64,000 nt of DNA, from contig CAKRXU010000008.1 in NCBI GenBank assembly GCA_934424575.1, positions 7,179 through 71,178 on the forward strand, written 5' to 3'. The translations under genes and the position numbers were made by a program. The notes beneath the pieces were generated by a model. That model worked only from the letters and a program-made list of their open reading frames with translations. It had not been told where the DNA came from and ran no database searches. This document shows positions 54,269 through 63,788 of this stretch, piece by piece; the stretch's first letter is position 1, and the number at the start of each line of letters is the position of its first letter. The DNA comes from an uncultured Blautia sp. GTDB lineage: Bacteria; Bacillota; Clostridia; Lachnospirales; Lachnospiraceae.

Positions 54269-55450
54269 ATGAGACCATCATTCAAAAGAACCATGTACGC
54301 CTGCTTCGTAGGCTACATCGTGCAGGCAATCGTCAACAATTTTGTTCCATTGCTGTTCGTAACATTCCAGAAAAGCTACCAGATCCCGCTGTCAAAGATC
54401 ACACTGCTGATCACGATCAACTTTATGATCCAGCTTCTGATCGACCTTCTGTCAGCCGGATTTGTAGATAAGATCGGATATAAAGCATCGGTAACGATCG
54501 CACATATCTGTTCGGCGATCGGTCTGTTTTTGCTGACGATTCTTCCGGAAATTACGGCAGATCCGTTTACCGGCATTCTGATCGCAGTTGCGATCTACGC
54601 GATCGGCGGAGGACTTCTGGAGGTACTGATCAGCCCGATCATCGAGGCCTGCCCGACAGACAACAAAGAAAAAGCAATGAGCCTTCTGCATTCGTTTTAT
54701 TGCTGGGGACATGTGGGAGTCGTTCTGATCTCCACGATCTTCTTCAGTACTTTCGGAATCGCAAACTGGAAGATTCTTGCACGTATCTGGGCGATCATCC
54801 CGGTACTCAACGGAATCGTATTTCTGACTTCTCCGATCTATTCCCTGCATGAAGAAGGAGAGAAGGGACTTTCTATCAGAGAACTCTGCTCCATGAAGAT
54901 CTTCTGGGTCGTGATGCTGATGATGACCTGTGCAGGAGCGAGTGAGCAGGCAGTGAGCCAGTGGGCATCTACTTTTGCAGAAGAAGGACTGAAAGTCAGC
55001 AAGACGATCGGAGACCTTGCGGGTCCGATGGCATTTGCAGTCCTGATGGGACTTGCAAGACTTCTTTATGGAAAATACGGAGAGAAGATCGATCTGAAAC
55101 GCTTTATGACCTACAGCAGTATCCTCTGCGTGATCTCTTATCTCTGCATCGCTTTCGTTCCGGTTCCGATGCTCAGTCTCGTCGGCTGTGCTGTCTGCGG
55201 ATTTTCCGTAGGGATCATGTGGCCGGGAACATTCAGCATTGCATCGGCATCCATCAGAGGCGGCGGTACCGCAATGTTTGCATTACTTGCTCTCGCAGGA
55301 GACCTCGGCTGCTCCGGCGGTCCGACACTTGCCGGTTTCGTATCCAGCAGTGTGGGTAATAATCTGAGGATGGGTATCCTCGCGGCGATCGTATTCCCGG
55401 TGCTTCTGCTTATCGGGATTCAGATATGTAAGAAAAGCCAGAAGAACTGA
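54269..55450 (+). CDS. MFS transporter, substrate unknown
   Basis: ATG at 54269. ~393 aa with 12 predicted TM-like hydrophobic stretches. Confidence 0.75.
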   Translation: MRPSFKRTMYACFVGYIVQAIVNNFVPLLFVTFQKSYQIPLSKITLLITINFMIQLLIDLLSAGFVDKIGYKASVTIAHICSAIGLFLLTILPEITADPFTGILIAVAIYAIGGGLLEVLISPIIEACPTDNKEKAMSLLHSFYCWGHVGVVLISTIFFSTFGIANWKILARIWAIIPVLNGIVFLTSPIYSLHEEGEKGLSIRELCSMKIFWVVMLMMTCAGASEQAVSQWASTFAEEGLKVSKTIGDLAGPMAFAVLMGLARLLYGKYGEKIDLKRFMTYSSILCVISYLCIAFVPVPMLSLVGCAVCGFSVGIMWPGTFSIASASIRGGGTAMFALLALAGDLGCSGGPTLAGFVSSSVGNNLRMGILAAIVFPVLLLIGIQICKKSQKN

Positions 55451-55490
55451 ATAAAAAACGATAAGATCTGACAGAAAGATGTTATACAGA

Positions 55491-55592
55491 AAAAGTCTGG
55501 ATGTCTGAGACAAAAACTGCTTCAATGTTTTATAAATGACATTGAAGATGACAGTACATAGTCTCAGAATCCAGACTTTTTTGATGCTGAAA
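55491..55592. terminator. long compound bidirectional terminator
   Basis: The outer stem is AAAAGTCTGGAT..CTGAGAC with GTCTCAG.ATCCAGACTTTT. The inner hairpin is CTTCAATGT...ACATTGAAG. T6 follows. Confidence 0.8.
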
Positions 55593-55594
55593 TA

Positions 55595-56398
55595 TTACAT
55601 AGAAGCAATCGCCTCGCGTGCATGCTCCACAAACATTGCACGGATTCCTGGATATTCGCCAAGTCCCTTCAAAACAGGACAGACTTCAAATCCGGCTTCC
55701 CTAAACTGACAGACCCAGGAATCCGGGGAATCTCCAGCCATATCGTTATGTGCATGATCGCCCGCTACGATCATAAACGGTGTCATATAGATCTTGGATG
55801 GCTGGAAAGCAGTTACCTCTCTGACAAGATCCTGGATTGTTGGTTCTGCCTCCACTGTTCCGATGAAGACGTTGGAGTATCCTGAAGTTTTAAACTTCTT
55901 ATCCAGTCCTGCATAAACAACATTGACCTGATGCGTGGTTCCATGACCCATAAGTACCAGGGCTTCCGGATCTTTCAGATCAGAAAATTCAGAATTTACA
56001 GCTTCGATCGCTTTCTGCTCATCCTCCGGTGAGGTCAGAAGAGGAGTACCGAAGACAATTTTGTCAAAAGATTCTTTATAAGAAAGAACTTCTTCCTTCA
56101 TAACATGATTCTCGATACCATCCAGGATATGTGTCGGCTGCACAGCCACTTCCCGGATCCCGTCTGCGATCATCTGTTCCATGGCTTCTTTTACCGTAGG
56201 AACGATATAATTGTCCCTTTTCTTAAGAACAGAGATGATCATCTTGCTGGTCCATGCACGATAGATTCGATGATTGCCAAAAGCATCGGCAATATCCCGC
56301 TCAATCTTTTCTATGGTAGCTTTCCTGGAGGCTTCATAACTGGTTCCGAAGCTCACGACCAGGATCGCTTTATCTGTCTGCTGATTCATAAAATGCAT
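55595..56398 (-). CDS. cbiK: class II sirohydrochlorin chelatase, CbiK type (cobaltochelatase; ferrochelatase role not excluded)
   Basis: 267 aa. ILVVSFGTSY...RAWTSKMII...GHGT...MIVAGDHAHNDMAGD...GLGEYPGIRAMFVEH is co-linear with Salmonella CbiK. The start is 56398 or 56389. Confidence 0.85.
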   Translation of the reverse strand: MHFMNQQTDKAILVVSFGTSYEASRKATIEKIERDIADAFGNHRIYRAWTSKMIISVLKKRDNYIVPTVKEAMEQMIADGIREVAVQPTHILDGIENHVMKEEVLSYKESFDKIVFGTPLLTSPEDEQKAIEAVNSEFSDLKDPEALVLMGHGTTHQVNVVYAGLDKKFKTSGYSNVFIGTVEAEPTIQDLVREVTAFQPSKIYMTPFMIVAGDHAHNDMAGDSPDSWVCQFREAGFEVCPVLKGLGEYPGIRAMFVEHAREAIASM

Positions 56399-56478
56399 TC
56401 TCCTAAAGGTTTATTTTCCGCGTATAAATGGATTATACAATACCGCGAAAAAAAGTTCAATTTTTTTCCAAAAACCTA

Positions 56479-56507
56479 TTGACATTTCGGGTAAAAAGGA
56501 ATAACAT
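56479..56507 (+). promoter_or_regulatory. putative cysK promoter
   Basis: TTGACA (56479-56484), 17 nt, TAACAT (56502-56507). Confidence 0.55.
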
Positions 56508-56581
56508 ACTAAACATATCAAAGAGGTATGTTAATAAAAACAAACACGAATAAATAAGAAAACAGAAAGGCGGTAAACACC

Positions 56582-57514
56582 ATGGCAAACATTTATAAAG
56601 GAACACTTGGACTGATCGGAAACACTCCACTTGTAGAAGTAACAAATGTAGAGAAGGAACTCGGACTGGAAGCAACCATCCTTGTGAAACTCGAGTACTT
56701 CAACCCGGCAGGAAGCGTCAAGGACAGAATCGCCAAAGCGATGATCGAGGATGCTGAAGCAAAAGGAATCCTCAAGGAAGGATCCGTGATCATCGAGCCG
56801 ACATCCGGAAACACAGGAATCGGTCTTGCATCCATCGCAGCAGCGAAAGGATACAGAATCATCCTCACCATGCCGGAGACCATGAGTATTGAGCGTAGAA
56901 ACATCCTGAAAGCATACGGCGCAGAACTGGTTCTGACAGAGGGAGCCAAGGGAATGAAGGGTGCGATCGCCAAAGCAGACGAACTTGCCAAAGAAATCCC
57001 GAACAGCTACATCCCGGGACAGTTCGTAAACCCGGCAAACCCGGCAGCACACAAAGCAACGACAGGTCCTGAGATCTGGAACGACACAGACGGAAAGGTA
57101 GACATCTTCGTAGCTGGTGTCGGCACAGGCGGAACACTTACAGGAACAGGTGAGTACCTCAAAGAACAGAACCCGGACATCAAGATCGTAGCAGTAGAGC
57201 CTGCAACTTCCCCGGTACTTTCCGAAGGAAAAGGCGGCCCGCACAAGATCCAGGGTATCGGAGCCGGATTCGTTCCGGAAGTCCTCAACACACAGGTTTA
57301 TGATGAGATCATGCCGATCGACAACGAAGTATGCTTCACAACAGCGAAACTTCTTGCCAAGAAAGAAGGCGTTCTCGTAGGTATCTCCTCAGGAGCAGCT
57401 CTCTACGCAGCAATCGAACTTGCCAAACGTCCGGAAAACAAAGGAAAGACGATCGTAGCACTTCTTCCGGATACAGGTGACAGATATTACTCAACAGCAC
57501 TGTTTACAGAGTAA
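56582..57514 (+). CDS. cysK: cysteine synthase A (O-acetylserine sulfhydrylase)
   Basis: 310 aa with the PLP Lys in NPAGSVKDR and the TSGNTG loop. Confidence 0.95.
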   Translation: MANIYKGTLGLIGNTPLVEVTNVEKELGLEATILVKLEYFNPAGSVKDRIAKAMIEDAEAKGILKEGSVIIEPTSGNTGIGLASIAAAKGYRIILTMPETMSIERRNILKAYGAELVLTEGAKGMKGAIAKADELAKEIPNSYIPGQFVNPANPAAHKATTGPEIWNDTDGKVDIFVAGVGTGGTLTGTGEYLKEQNPDIKIVAVEPATSPVLSEGKGGPHKIQGIGAGFVPEVLNTQVYDEIMPIDNEVCFTTAKLLAKKEGVLVGISSGAALYAAIELAKRPENKGKTIVALLPDTGDRYYSTALFTE

Positions 57515-57604
57515 GAAATTTCATATACAATAGACAGTCGGAAGGAAAAGTTTCTTCCTTCCCCCACAAAAAATCAAAAAAACAGAAAAGAGGATCAGAT
57601 TATT

Positions 57605-58915
57605 ATGGGTGAAAAGATCACAAGAGAAAACAGAAAATTCAAATTCGAAACACTTCAGCTCCACGTAGGACAGGAACAGCCGGATCCGGTTACCGATGCA
57701 AGAGCAGTTCCAATCTACCAGACATCTTCTTATGTATTCCGTAACTGCGATCATGCAGCAGCTCGTTTCGGACTTGCAGATGCAGGTAACATCTACGGAC
57801 GTCTGACAAACCCGACAGAGGACGTTTTTGAGAAGAGAATCGCAGCACTTGAAGGCGGCACAGCAGCACTTGCAGTAGCTTCCGGTGCAGCAGCAATTAC
57901 ATACACAATTGAAAACCTTGCGCAGAACGGAGACCACATCGTAGCAGCAAAGAACATCTATGGTGGAACAACAAACCTTCTGGAGCATACCCTTCCAGCA
58001 TATGGAATCACAACAACATTCGTAGACATCTTCAACCTTGAAGAAGTAGAGAATGCGATCCAGGACAACACCAAAGCACTTTACATCGAGACTCTTGGAA
58101 ACCCGAACTCTGATGTTGTTGATGTTGAAGCTTGCGCTGAGATCGCTCACAGACATCAGATCCCGCTCGTTGTAGATAACACATTCGCAACACCATACCT
58201 TGTAAGACCGATCGAGTACGGCGCAGACATCGTTGTTCATTCCGCAACTAAATTCATCGGTGGACATGGAACAACAATCGGTGGTGTCATCGTTGAAGGC
58301 GGCAAATTCGACTGGGAAGCTTCCGGTAAATTCCCGTCCCTGACAGAGCCAAACCCGAGCTACCATGGAATCAGCTTCACAAAAGCATGCGGACCAGCTG
58401 CATTTGTTACAAAGATCCGTGCGATCCTTCTTCGTGACACAGGTGCAACGATCTCTCCAGTAAGCTCCTTCATCTTCCTTCAGGGTCTTGAGACACTGTC
58501 CCTGCGTGTAGAGCGTCATGTAGAGAACGCACTCAAAGTTGTTCAGTACCTGAACAATCACCCAATGGTAGAAAAAGTACATCATCCGTCTGTAACAGAT
58601 GATGAAAGCCAGAAAGCTCTGTATGCAAAATACTTCCCGAATGGCGGTGGATCTATCTTCACATTCGAGATCAAGGGAGATGCACAGACAGCCAAAGACT
58701 TTATCGACAACCTGGAACTGTTCTCTCTGCTTGCAAACGTAGCAGATGTTAAATCACTGGTTATCCATCCGGCAACCACCACCCACAGCCAGTGCACAGA
58801 AGAAGAGCTTCTGGATCAGGGTATCAAACCGAACACGATCCGTCTTTCTATCGGAACGGAAAACATCGACGATATCATCCAGGATCTGGACGAAGCTTTC
58901 AAGGCAATCCAGTAA
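57605..58915 (+). CDS. metY: O-acetylhomoserine aminocarboxypropyltransferase / sulfhydrylase
   Basis: 436 aa. TLQLHVGQ...YGRLTNPT...[11 protein letters not shown] (PLP Lys). Confidence 0.9.
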   Translation: MGEKITRENRKFKFETLQLHVGQEQPDPVTDARAVPIYQTSSYVFRNCDHAAARFGLADAGNIYGRLTNPTEDVFEKRIAALEGGTAALAVASGAAAITYTIENLAQNGDHIVAAKNIYGGTTNLLEHTLPAYGITTTFVDIFNLEEVENAIQDNTKALYIETLGNPNSDVVDVEACAEIAHRHQIPLVVDNTFATPYLVRPIEYGADIVVHSATKFIGGHGTTIGGVIVEGGKFDWEASGKFPSLTEPNPSYHGISFTKACGPAAFVTKIRAILLRDTGATISPVSSFIFLQGLETLSLRVERHVENALKVVQYLNNHPMVEKVHHPSVTDDESQKALYAKYFPNGGGSIFTFEIKGDAQTAKDFIDNLELFSLLANVADVKSLVIHPATTTHSQCTEEELLDQGIKPNTIRLSIGTENIDDIIQDLDEAFKAIQ

Positions 58916-59359
58916 TTGAAATTTTGCAAAAAAACCAGATATGGTCTCACTGCGCTGATGGACCTGGCTGCACAGCCGTCCAGCACACCGGTAGCCCTGA
59001 AAACCATAGCTGAGAGAAATGACATTTCTCTGCAGTTTCTGGAACACATATTTGCCTCGTTCCGCAGAACAGGCATAGTAAAAAGTGTCAAAGGCTCCCA
59101 GGGAGGATATAATCTGGCGAAGGCTGCTGACGAGATCACTGTTGCATCCGTGGTGGAAGCTCTCGAAGGAAGCTACCACCTCGAAGATGAGGATGTTGTG
59201 GCGGAAAACAGCTATAAAGGAATCTCAGATACGATTCAGAAGCTGGTGGTGGATACCGTCAATCAGGAACTCGATCAGATTCTGTCAAACTTGACTTTGG
59301 CACAAATGAGCGGATATTATTCCGATCATTACGAAAAACAGGAAATGTACTATATCTGA
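58916..59359 (+). CDS. cymR: Rrf2-family transcriptional regulator, CymR-like (no Fe-S cysteine triad)
   Basis: TTG start immediately after the metY TAA. (M)KFCKKTRYGLTALMDLA...LQFLEHIFASFRRTGIVKSVKGSQGGYNL. No Cys residues where IscR-type proteins bind the cluster. Confidence 0.7.
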   Translation: MKFCKKTRYGLTALMDLAAQPSSTPVALKTIAERNDISLQFLEHIFASFRRTGIVKSVKGSQGGYNLAKAADEITVASVVEALEGSYHLEDEDVVAENSYKGISDTIQKLVVDTVNQELDQILSNLTLAQMSGYYSDHYEKQEMYYI

Positions 59360-59360
59360 A

Positions 59361-59405
59361 AAACTCCGGAGGTTTGAGGCGATGCCCTGGCCTCCGGTTT
59401 TTTTA
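59361..59405 (+). terminator. rho-independent terminator
   Basis: CCGGAGG (59366-59372) pairs with CCTCCGG (59391-59397), followed by T8. Confidence 0.85.
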
Positions 59406-59429
59406 TCGACTTCAAGAGGAAATACACAT

Positions 59430-60506
59430 ATGTCTATCAAAAAGATCGCAGAAAAAGCAGGAGTATCTATCTCAACCGTTTCCAGAATCCTTAACCGTCC
59501 TGACTACAAATGTTCGATTCCCGGCCTTCGGGAAAAAGTCTGGGCGATCGCCATGGAAATGAATTACGTCCCAAACGAGGCGGCAAGAAATCTCAAAAAA
59601 GGCAGGCAGTCCAGAGACAGCCGGATCTGGTACGTCAATGTACTGATGACAAGAACTGATGAGTCAAGGACGGATCCTTTTTTTACAGAACTTCTCCGCG
59701 TGGTGGAGAGCGAGATCCACGAGCACAACTGCATCCTCTCCAAAGTCTGGTATATGCCGCTTTTTTCCGATGACCGAAAATGCCGGCGGGAAAATCTTGA
59801 CCAGATCATCCAGGGAATGTATACTGAGACGGAGGGAAAACAGGACGGCTTGATCGTGATCGGCCGATGCAATCCTGTGGCCCTTAAGAAACTAAATCAG
59901 AAATACCGGAGCGTAGTGTCAGTCAACCGTAATTCCACCAATTATGAGGTGGATGAAGTGTTGTGTGACGGCAGAAAGATCGCGGCGATGGCAGTGGAAC
60001 ATCTGATCTCACTGGGACACCGGAATATCGGGTATGTCGGAAACTGTCGAAACGAGGACCGTTACAATGGCTATCTGGACACTCTTAAGAGAAATAACCT
60101 GGATGTGATCCCGGAGTATGTCGTGGAGACGAACCAGACAGAGAAGGAAGGCTACGAAGCGATGGAGCAGCTTCTTAAGGCTGACGACTGTCCGACAGGA
60201 ATCTACTGCGCCAATGACATTACGGCTGTCGGAATGCTGAAATATCTGGGACGCTGCAGGAATCTTTATTTTACGCCGTCGATCATAGCGAGTGACGATA
60301 TCGAGGAAGCGCAGTACACGAAGCCGATGCTGACAACTGTAGGACTTCCGAAGGAAGAGATGGGGAAATTTGCCCTCTACCTTCTTCTCGACCGCATGAA
60401 AGGCGGACACAGCGGTGTCGTGCGTATGGAACTTTCCGGCCACCTGATGATCCGGAACAGCTGCTCCCACGTTTCCGAGAGCACCTGGAGCGATTACTGT
60501 ATATAA
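59430..60506 (+). CDS. LacI-family transcriptional regulator (orphan; no adjacent sugar operon)
   Basis: ATG at 59430. MSIKKIAEKAGVSISTVSRILN HTH with a periplasmic-binding-protein-like core. Confidence 0.85.
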   Translation: MSIKKIAEKAGVSISTVSRILNRPDYKCSIPGLREKVWAIAMEMNYVPNEAARNLKKGRQSRDSRIWYVNVLMTRTDESRTDPFFTELLRVVESEIHEHNCILSKVWYMPLFSDDRKCRRENLDQIIQGMYTETEGKQDGLIVIGRCNPVALKKLNQKYRSVVSVNRNSTNYEVDEVLCDGRKIAAMAVEHLISLGHRNIGYVGNCRNEDRYNGYLDTLKRNNLDVIPEYVVETNQTEKEGYEAMEQLLKADDCPTGIYCANDITAVGMLKYLGRCRNLYFTPSIIASDDIEEAQYTKPMLTTVGLPKEEMGKFALYLLLDRMKGGHSGVVRMELSGHLMIRNSCSHVSESTWSDYCI

Positions 60507-60537
60507 GATAAGAAATTTTTTATTAAGGAAGAAGCAT

Positions 60538-61689
60538 ATGTGTATTAGAACGATTGAAGAATTACAGGAAGATACAAGGGAAAAACAGATCATAGACATC
60601 CGTGACAAGGCAGATTTTGACAAGGAAACCTATCCGGGGGCTGTCAACATCTACTGGGAAGAATTAGAAGAGCATATGGACGAGATCCGCAAGGACTGTC
60701 CGGTTTACCTGCTTTGTTATACCGGGCAGAAGAGTGAGGAAATTGCGCAGGAACTGAATGAACAGGGGTATGAAGTATACAGCATCAAGAACGGCTACCG
60801 CGCATGGCTCAAGATCAAACTCAGCAAAATGATGGCGGATCACAACGCGGCAGAACAGCGCACAAAGGACATCGAGCGCAGCATCATCAAGAAATTCCGC
60901 AAGCCGATCTGGAGGAGATTTACCAAGGTAATCCGTGAGTACGAGCTTGTGCAGGACGGAGACAAGATCGCAGTCTGTATCTCAGGCGGCAAGGACTCCA
61001 TGCTGATGGCGAAGCTGTTTCAGGAGCTTTCCCGCCACGGCAAGAAGAACTTTGAGGTCGTTTTTCTGGTAATGAACCCGGGCTATAATGAGATCAATTA
61101 CCAGACGATCAAGGATAATGCAAAGATCCTGAATGTGCCGATCACAGTTTTTGAGTCGGATATTTTTAATATCGTTGCAGCAGAAGAGCAGTCACCGTGC
61201 TATCTCTGCGCGAGAATGAGAAGAGGCTATCTCTACAGCAAAGCCAAAGAACTGGGCTGCAACAAGATCGCGCTCGGTCATCATTATGATGATGTCATCG
61301 AGACGATCCTGATGGGAATGCTCTACGGCGCGCAGGTTCAGACCATGATGCCGAAGCTTCACAGCACGAACTTTGAGGGAATGGAGCTGATCCGCCCGCT
61401 GTATCTGATCCGTGAGGCAGATATCATTCACTGGGCGAATTACAATGACCTTCATTTCATCCAGTGTGCATGCCGTTTTACAGAGCACTGTGCATCCTGC
61501 GGTGGTACTGAGAAGGGCTCCAAGCGTGCGGAGATCAAGGAACTGATCCATGAACTTGCCAAGAAGGATCCGGTCATTGAATATAATATTTTCCGAAGCG
61601 TGGAGAATGTCAACCTGAATACCGTCATCGGATACAAGCAGGATGGCGTGAGACACAATTTCCTTGACACTTACGATGAACAGAAATAA
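60538..61689 (+). CDS. rhodanese domain fused to a TtcA-family PP-loop tRNA thiolation ATPase
   Basis: 383 aa. The rhodanese active-site loop is LLCYTGQKS. The PP-loop is CISGGKDS. The Fe-S ligand pairs are PCYLCARMRR and CACRF...CASCGG. Confidence 0.85.
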   Translation: MCIRTIEELQEDTREKQIIDIRDKADFDKETYPGAVNIYWEELEEHMDEIRKDCPVYLLCYTGQKSEEIAQELNEQGYEVYSIKNGYRAWLKIKLSKMMADHNAAEQRTKDIERSIIKKFRKPIWRRFTKVIREYELVQDGDKIAVCISGGKDSMLMAKLFQELSRHGKKNFEVVFLVMNPGYNEINYQTIKDNAKILNVPITVFESDIFNIVAAEEQSPCYLCARMRRGYLYSKAKELGCNKIALGHHYDDVIETILMGMLYGAQVQTMMPKLHSTNFEGMELIRPLYLIREADIIHWANYNDLHFIQCACRFTEHCASCGGTEKGSKRAEIKELIHELAKKDPVIEYNIFRSVENVNLNTVIGYKQDGVRHNFLDTYDEQK

Positions 61690-61700
61690 AAATATAAAAT

Positions 61701-61776
61701 AAAAAAGACCATCGATACAGACTGCTGTAACTCCTGGCGTACAGGGGAACAGGTGCTGTGTTGGCGGTCTTTTTTG
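61701..61776 (+). terminator. probable terminator (long imperfect hairpin)
   Basis: AAAAGACC (61703-61710) pairs with GGTCTTTT (61766-61773). The loop has internal pairing, and a T-run follows. Confidence 0.55.
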
Positions 61777-61910
61777 CTGCCTGATCAATGCCCGGCCAGT
61801 GCCGGAGAAACATCTGTGCAAACGTTTTCTAAAAAACATATTTAAAAAGTATGTTTATTGGTATATAATGCCTTTAACATAAAAAAAGAAAACAACAGGG
61901 AGTGGCAGAA

Positions 61911-62933
61911 ATGACAAAGAAAAAACTGAGAAGCCTGTGTCTGGCAGCAGTACTTGGAATTGCAGCTTTTACCGGAGTCTGTTCCTACGATGCAGGGGCA
62001 GGATCCGATGTACATATCATCAATGTTTCCTACGATCCAACGAGGGAACTGTATGAATCCTATAACAAGATCTTTCAGGAACACTGGAAGGAAGAGACAG
62101 GTCAGGATGTGGACGTGATCCAGTCTCATGGCGGTTCCGGCAAACAGGCACTGGAAGTCATCAACGGCCTGCAGGCAGACGTGGTGACACTGGCGCTGGA
62201 ATATGATATCAATGCGATCCAGGATGCAGGAATGATCGATGAAGGATGGAAAGAAGAACTTCCGGACGACAGTGCTCCCTACACTTCCACGATCGTATTT
62301 CTGGTAAGAAAAGACAATCCGAAAAATATTCAGGACTGGGATGATCTGATCCGTGACGATGTTGATGTGATCACACCAAACCCGAAGACTTCCGGTGGAG
62401 CCCGCTGGAACTACCTGGCAGCCTGGGCATATGCGCAGAAAGCTTATAATAACCAGGAAGACAAGATGGAAGAATTTATCAAAAAATTATACCAGAATGT
62501 ACTTGTTCTGGATTCCGGCGCAAGAAGCGCAACCACTTCCTTCGTGGAGAACGGACAAGGAGATGTCCTGATCGCCTGGGAAAACGAAGCATTTCTTTCT
62601 GTACAGGATGATCCGGATGAATTTGAGATCATTAATCCGAGCATCAGTGTACTGGCACAGCCGTCTGTGGCAGCGGTCGATGAAGTGGCAGAGAACCGCG
62701 GCACAGAGGACATCGCAAAAGAATATCTGAACTATCTTTATTCTGATGATGCACAGAGGATCGCGGCAGAAAATTATTACCGCCCGGTCAACGAGGAGAT
62801 CCTCAAGGAATACAGCGATGTGTTTGACCTTACGATGGAGTTAAAAACGATCGACGATTTTGGCGGCTGGCAGGAAGTGCAGGAGAAACATTTTGCAGAC
62901 GGCGGGATTTTTGATCAGATCTACGGCAACTAA
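61911..62933 (+). CDS. cysP: sulfate/thiosulfate ABC transporter substrate-binding lipoprotein
   Basis: ATG at 61911 with an AGGGAG SD (the track GTG at 61902 is rejected). [11 protein letters not shown]...[10 protein letters not shown] is a Sbp/CysP hallmark. Confidence 0.9.
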   Translation: MTKKKLRSLCLAAVLGIAAFTGVCSYDAGAGSDVHIINVSYDPTRELYESYNKIFQEHWKEETGQDVDVIQSHGGSGKQALEVINGLQADVVTLALEYDINAIQDAGMIDEGWKEELPDDSAPYTSTIVFLVRKDNPKNIQDWDDLIRDDVDVITPNPKTSGGARWNYLAAWAYAQKAYNNQEDKMEEFIKKLYQNVLVLDSGARSATTSFVENGQGDVLIAWENEAFLSVQDDPDEFEIINPSISVLAQPSVAAVDEVAENRGTEDIAKEYLNYLYSDDAQRIAAENYYRPVNEEILKEYSDVFDLTMELKTIDDFGGWQEVQEKHFADGGIFDQIYGN

Positions 62934-62951
62934 AATACGAGGTGAACGATT

Positions 62952-63788
62952 ATGAAAAAAAGTAAAAAAAGAGTGATCCCGGGATTCGGACTGACCATGG
63001 GCGTGACGATCACTATGCTCAGTATCGTGGTTCTGATCCCGCTGGCGTCTCTTGTTGTGTATTCTTCGCAGCTTGGACTGAGAGAATTTTTTGAAGTCAT
63101 TACAAGGAAGAGAGTCCTGTCCAGTTTTTATGTCAGCTTCATCACCGCACTGGGCGCATCCCTTGTCAACGCCGTGATGGGACTGATCCTTGCGTGGGTT
63201 CTGGTACGTTATGAATTCCCGGGCAAACGGATCATGGACGGTATGATCGAACTTCCATTCGCGCTGCCGACCGCAGTTGCCGGCATCTCTTTGACTTCCC
63301 TGACATCAGACCAGGGACTCATCGGAAGTTTTTTTGCAAAATTCGGCATCAAGATCGCCTACACGAAACTTGGGATCACATTTGCACTGATCTTTGTAGG
63401 AATTCCGTTTGTCGCAAGAGCAGTGCAGCCGGTCCTTGAAAAGCTGGACGGTTCTTATGAAGAAGCAGCAAGAGTCATGGGTGCGAAGCCTGGATATATT
63501 TTTCGAAGAGTCATTCTTCCGGAACTTCTTCCTCCGCTTCTTACCGGTACAGGACTGGCGTTCGGACGCTGCCTTGGAGAATACGGAAGCGTTGTATTTA
63601 TCGCAGGAAACAGACCTTACGAGACTGAGATCACACCACTCATCATCATGTCAGAACTTCAGGAATTCGATTACAAAAGCGCAACTTCGATCGCTCTCGT
63701 CATGCTGATCGCATCGTTCCTCATCCTGTTTCTGATGAATCTGATGCAGGCACGCAATTCAAAAAGACTGAGAGGAGGCAACGTCTGA
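62952..63788 (+). CDS. cysT: sulfate ABC transporter permease
   Basis: 278 aa with an EAA-loop region (EAARVMGAKPGYIFRRVILP). Confidence 0.9.
   Translation: MKKSKKRVIPGFGLTMGVTITMLSIVVLIPLASLVVYSSQLGLREFFEVITRKRVLSSFYVSFITALGASLVNAVMGLILAWVLVRYEFPGKRIMDGMIELPFALPTAVAGISLTSLTSDQGLIGSFFAKFGIKIAYTKLGITFALIFVGIPFVARAVQPVLEKLDGSYEEAARVMGAKPGYIFRRVILPELLPPLLTGTGLAFGRCLGEYGSVVFIAGNRPYETEITPLIIMSELQEFDYKSATSIALVMLIASFLILFLMNLMQARNSKRLRGGNV

Noticed and set aside
57515-57604. Possible S-box/SAM riboswitch or T-box upstream of metY, and the hairpin GGAAGGAA...TTCCTTCC at ~57540-57565.
   Set aside because: The 90-nt gap is too short for either riboswitch class. The hairpin lacks a T-run, so at most it is a weak intra-operon attenuator or processing site. 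I would not annotate it without a structure or covariance scan.
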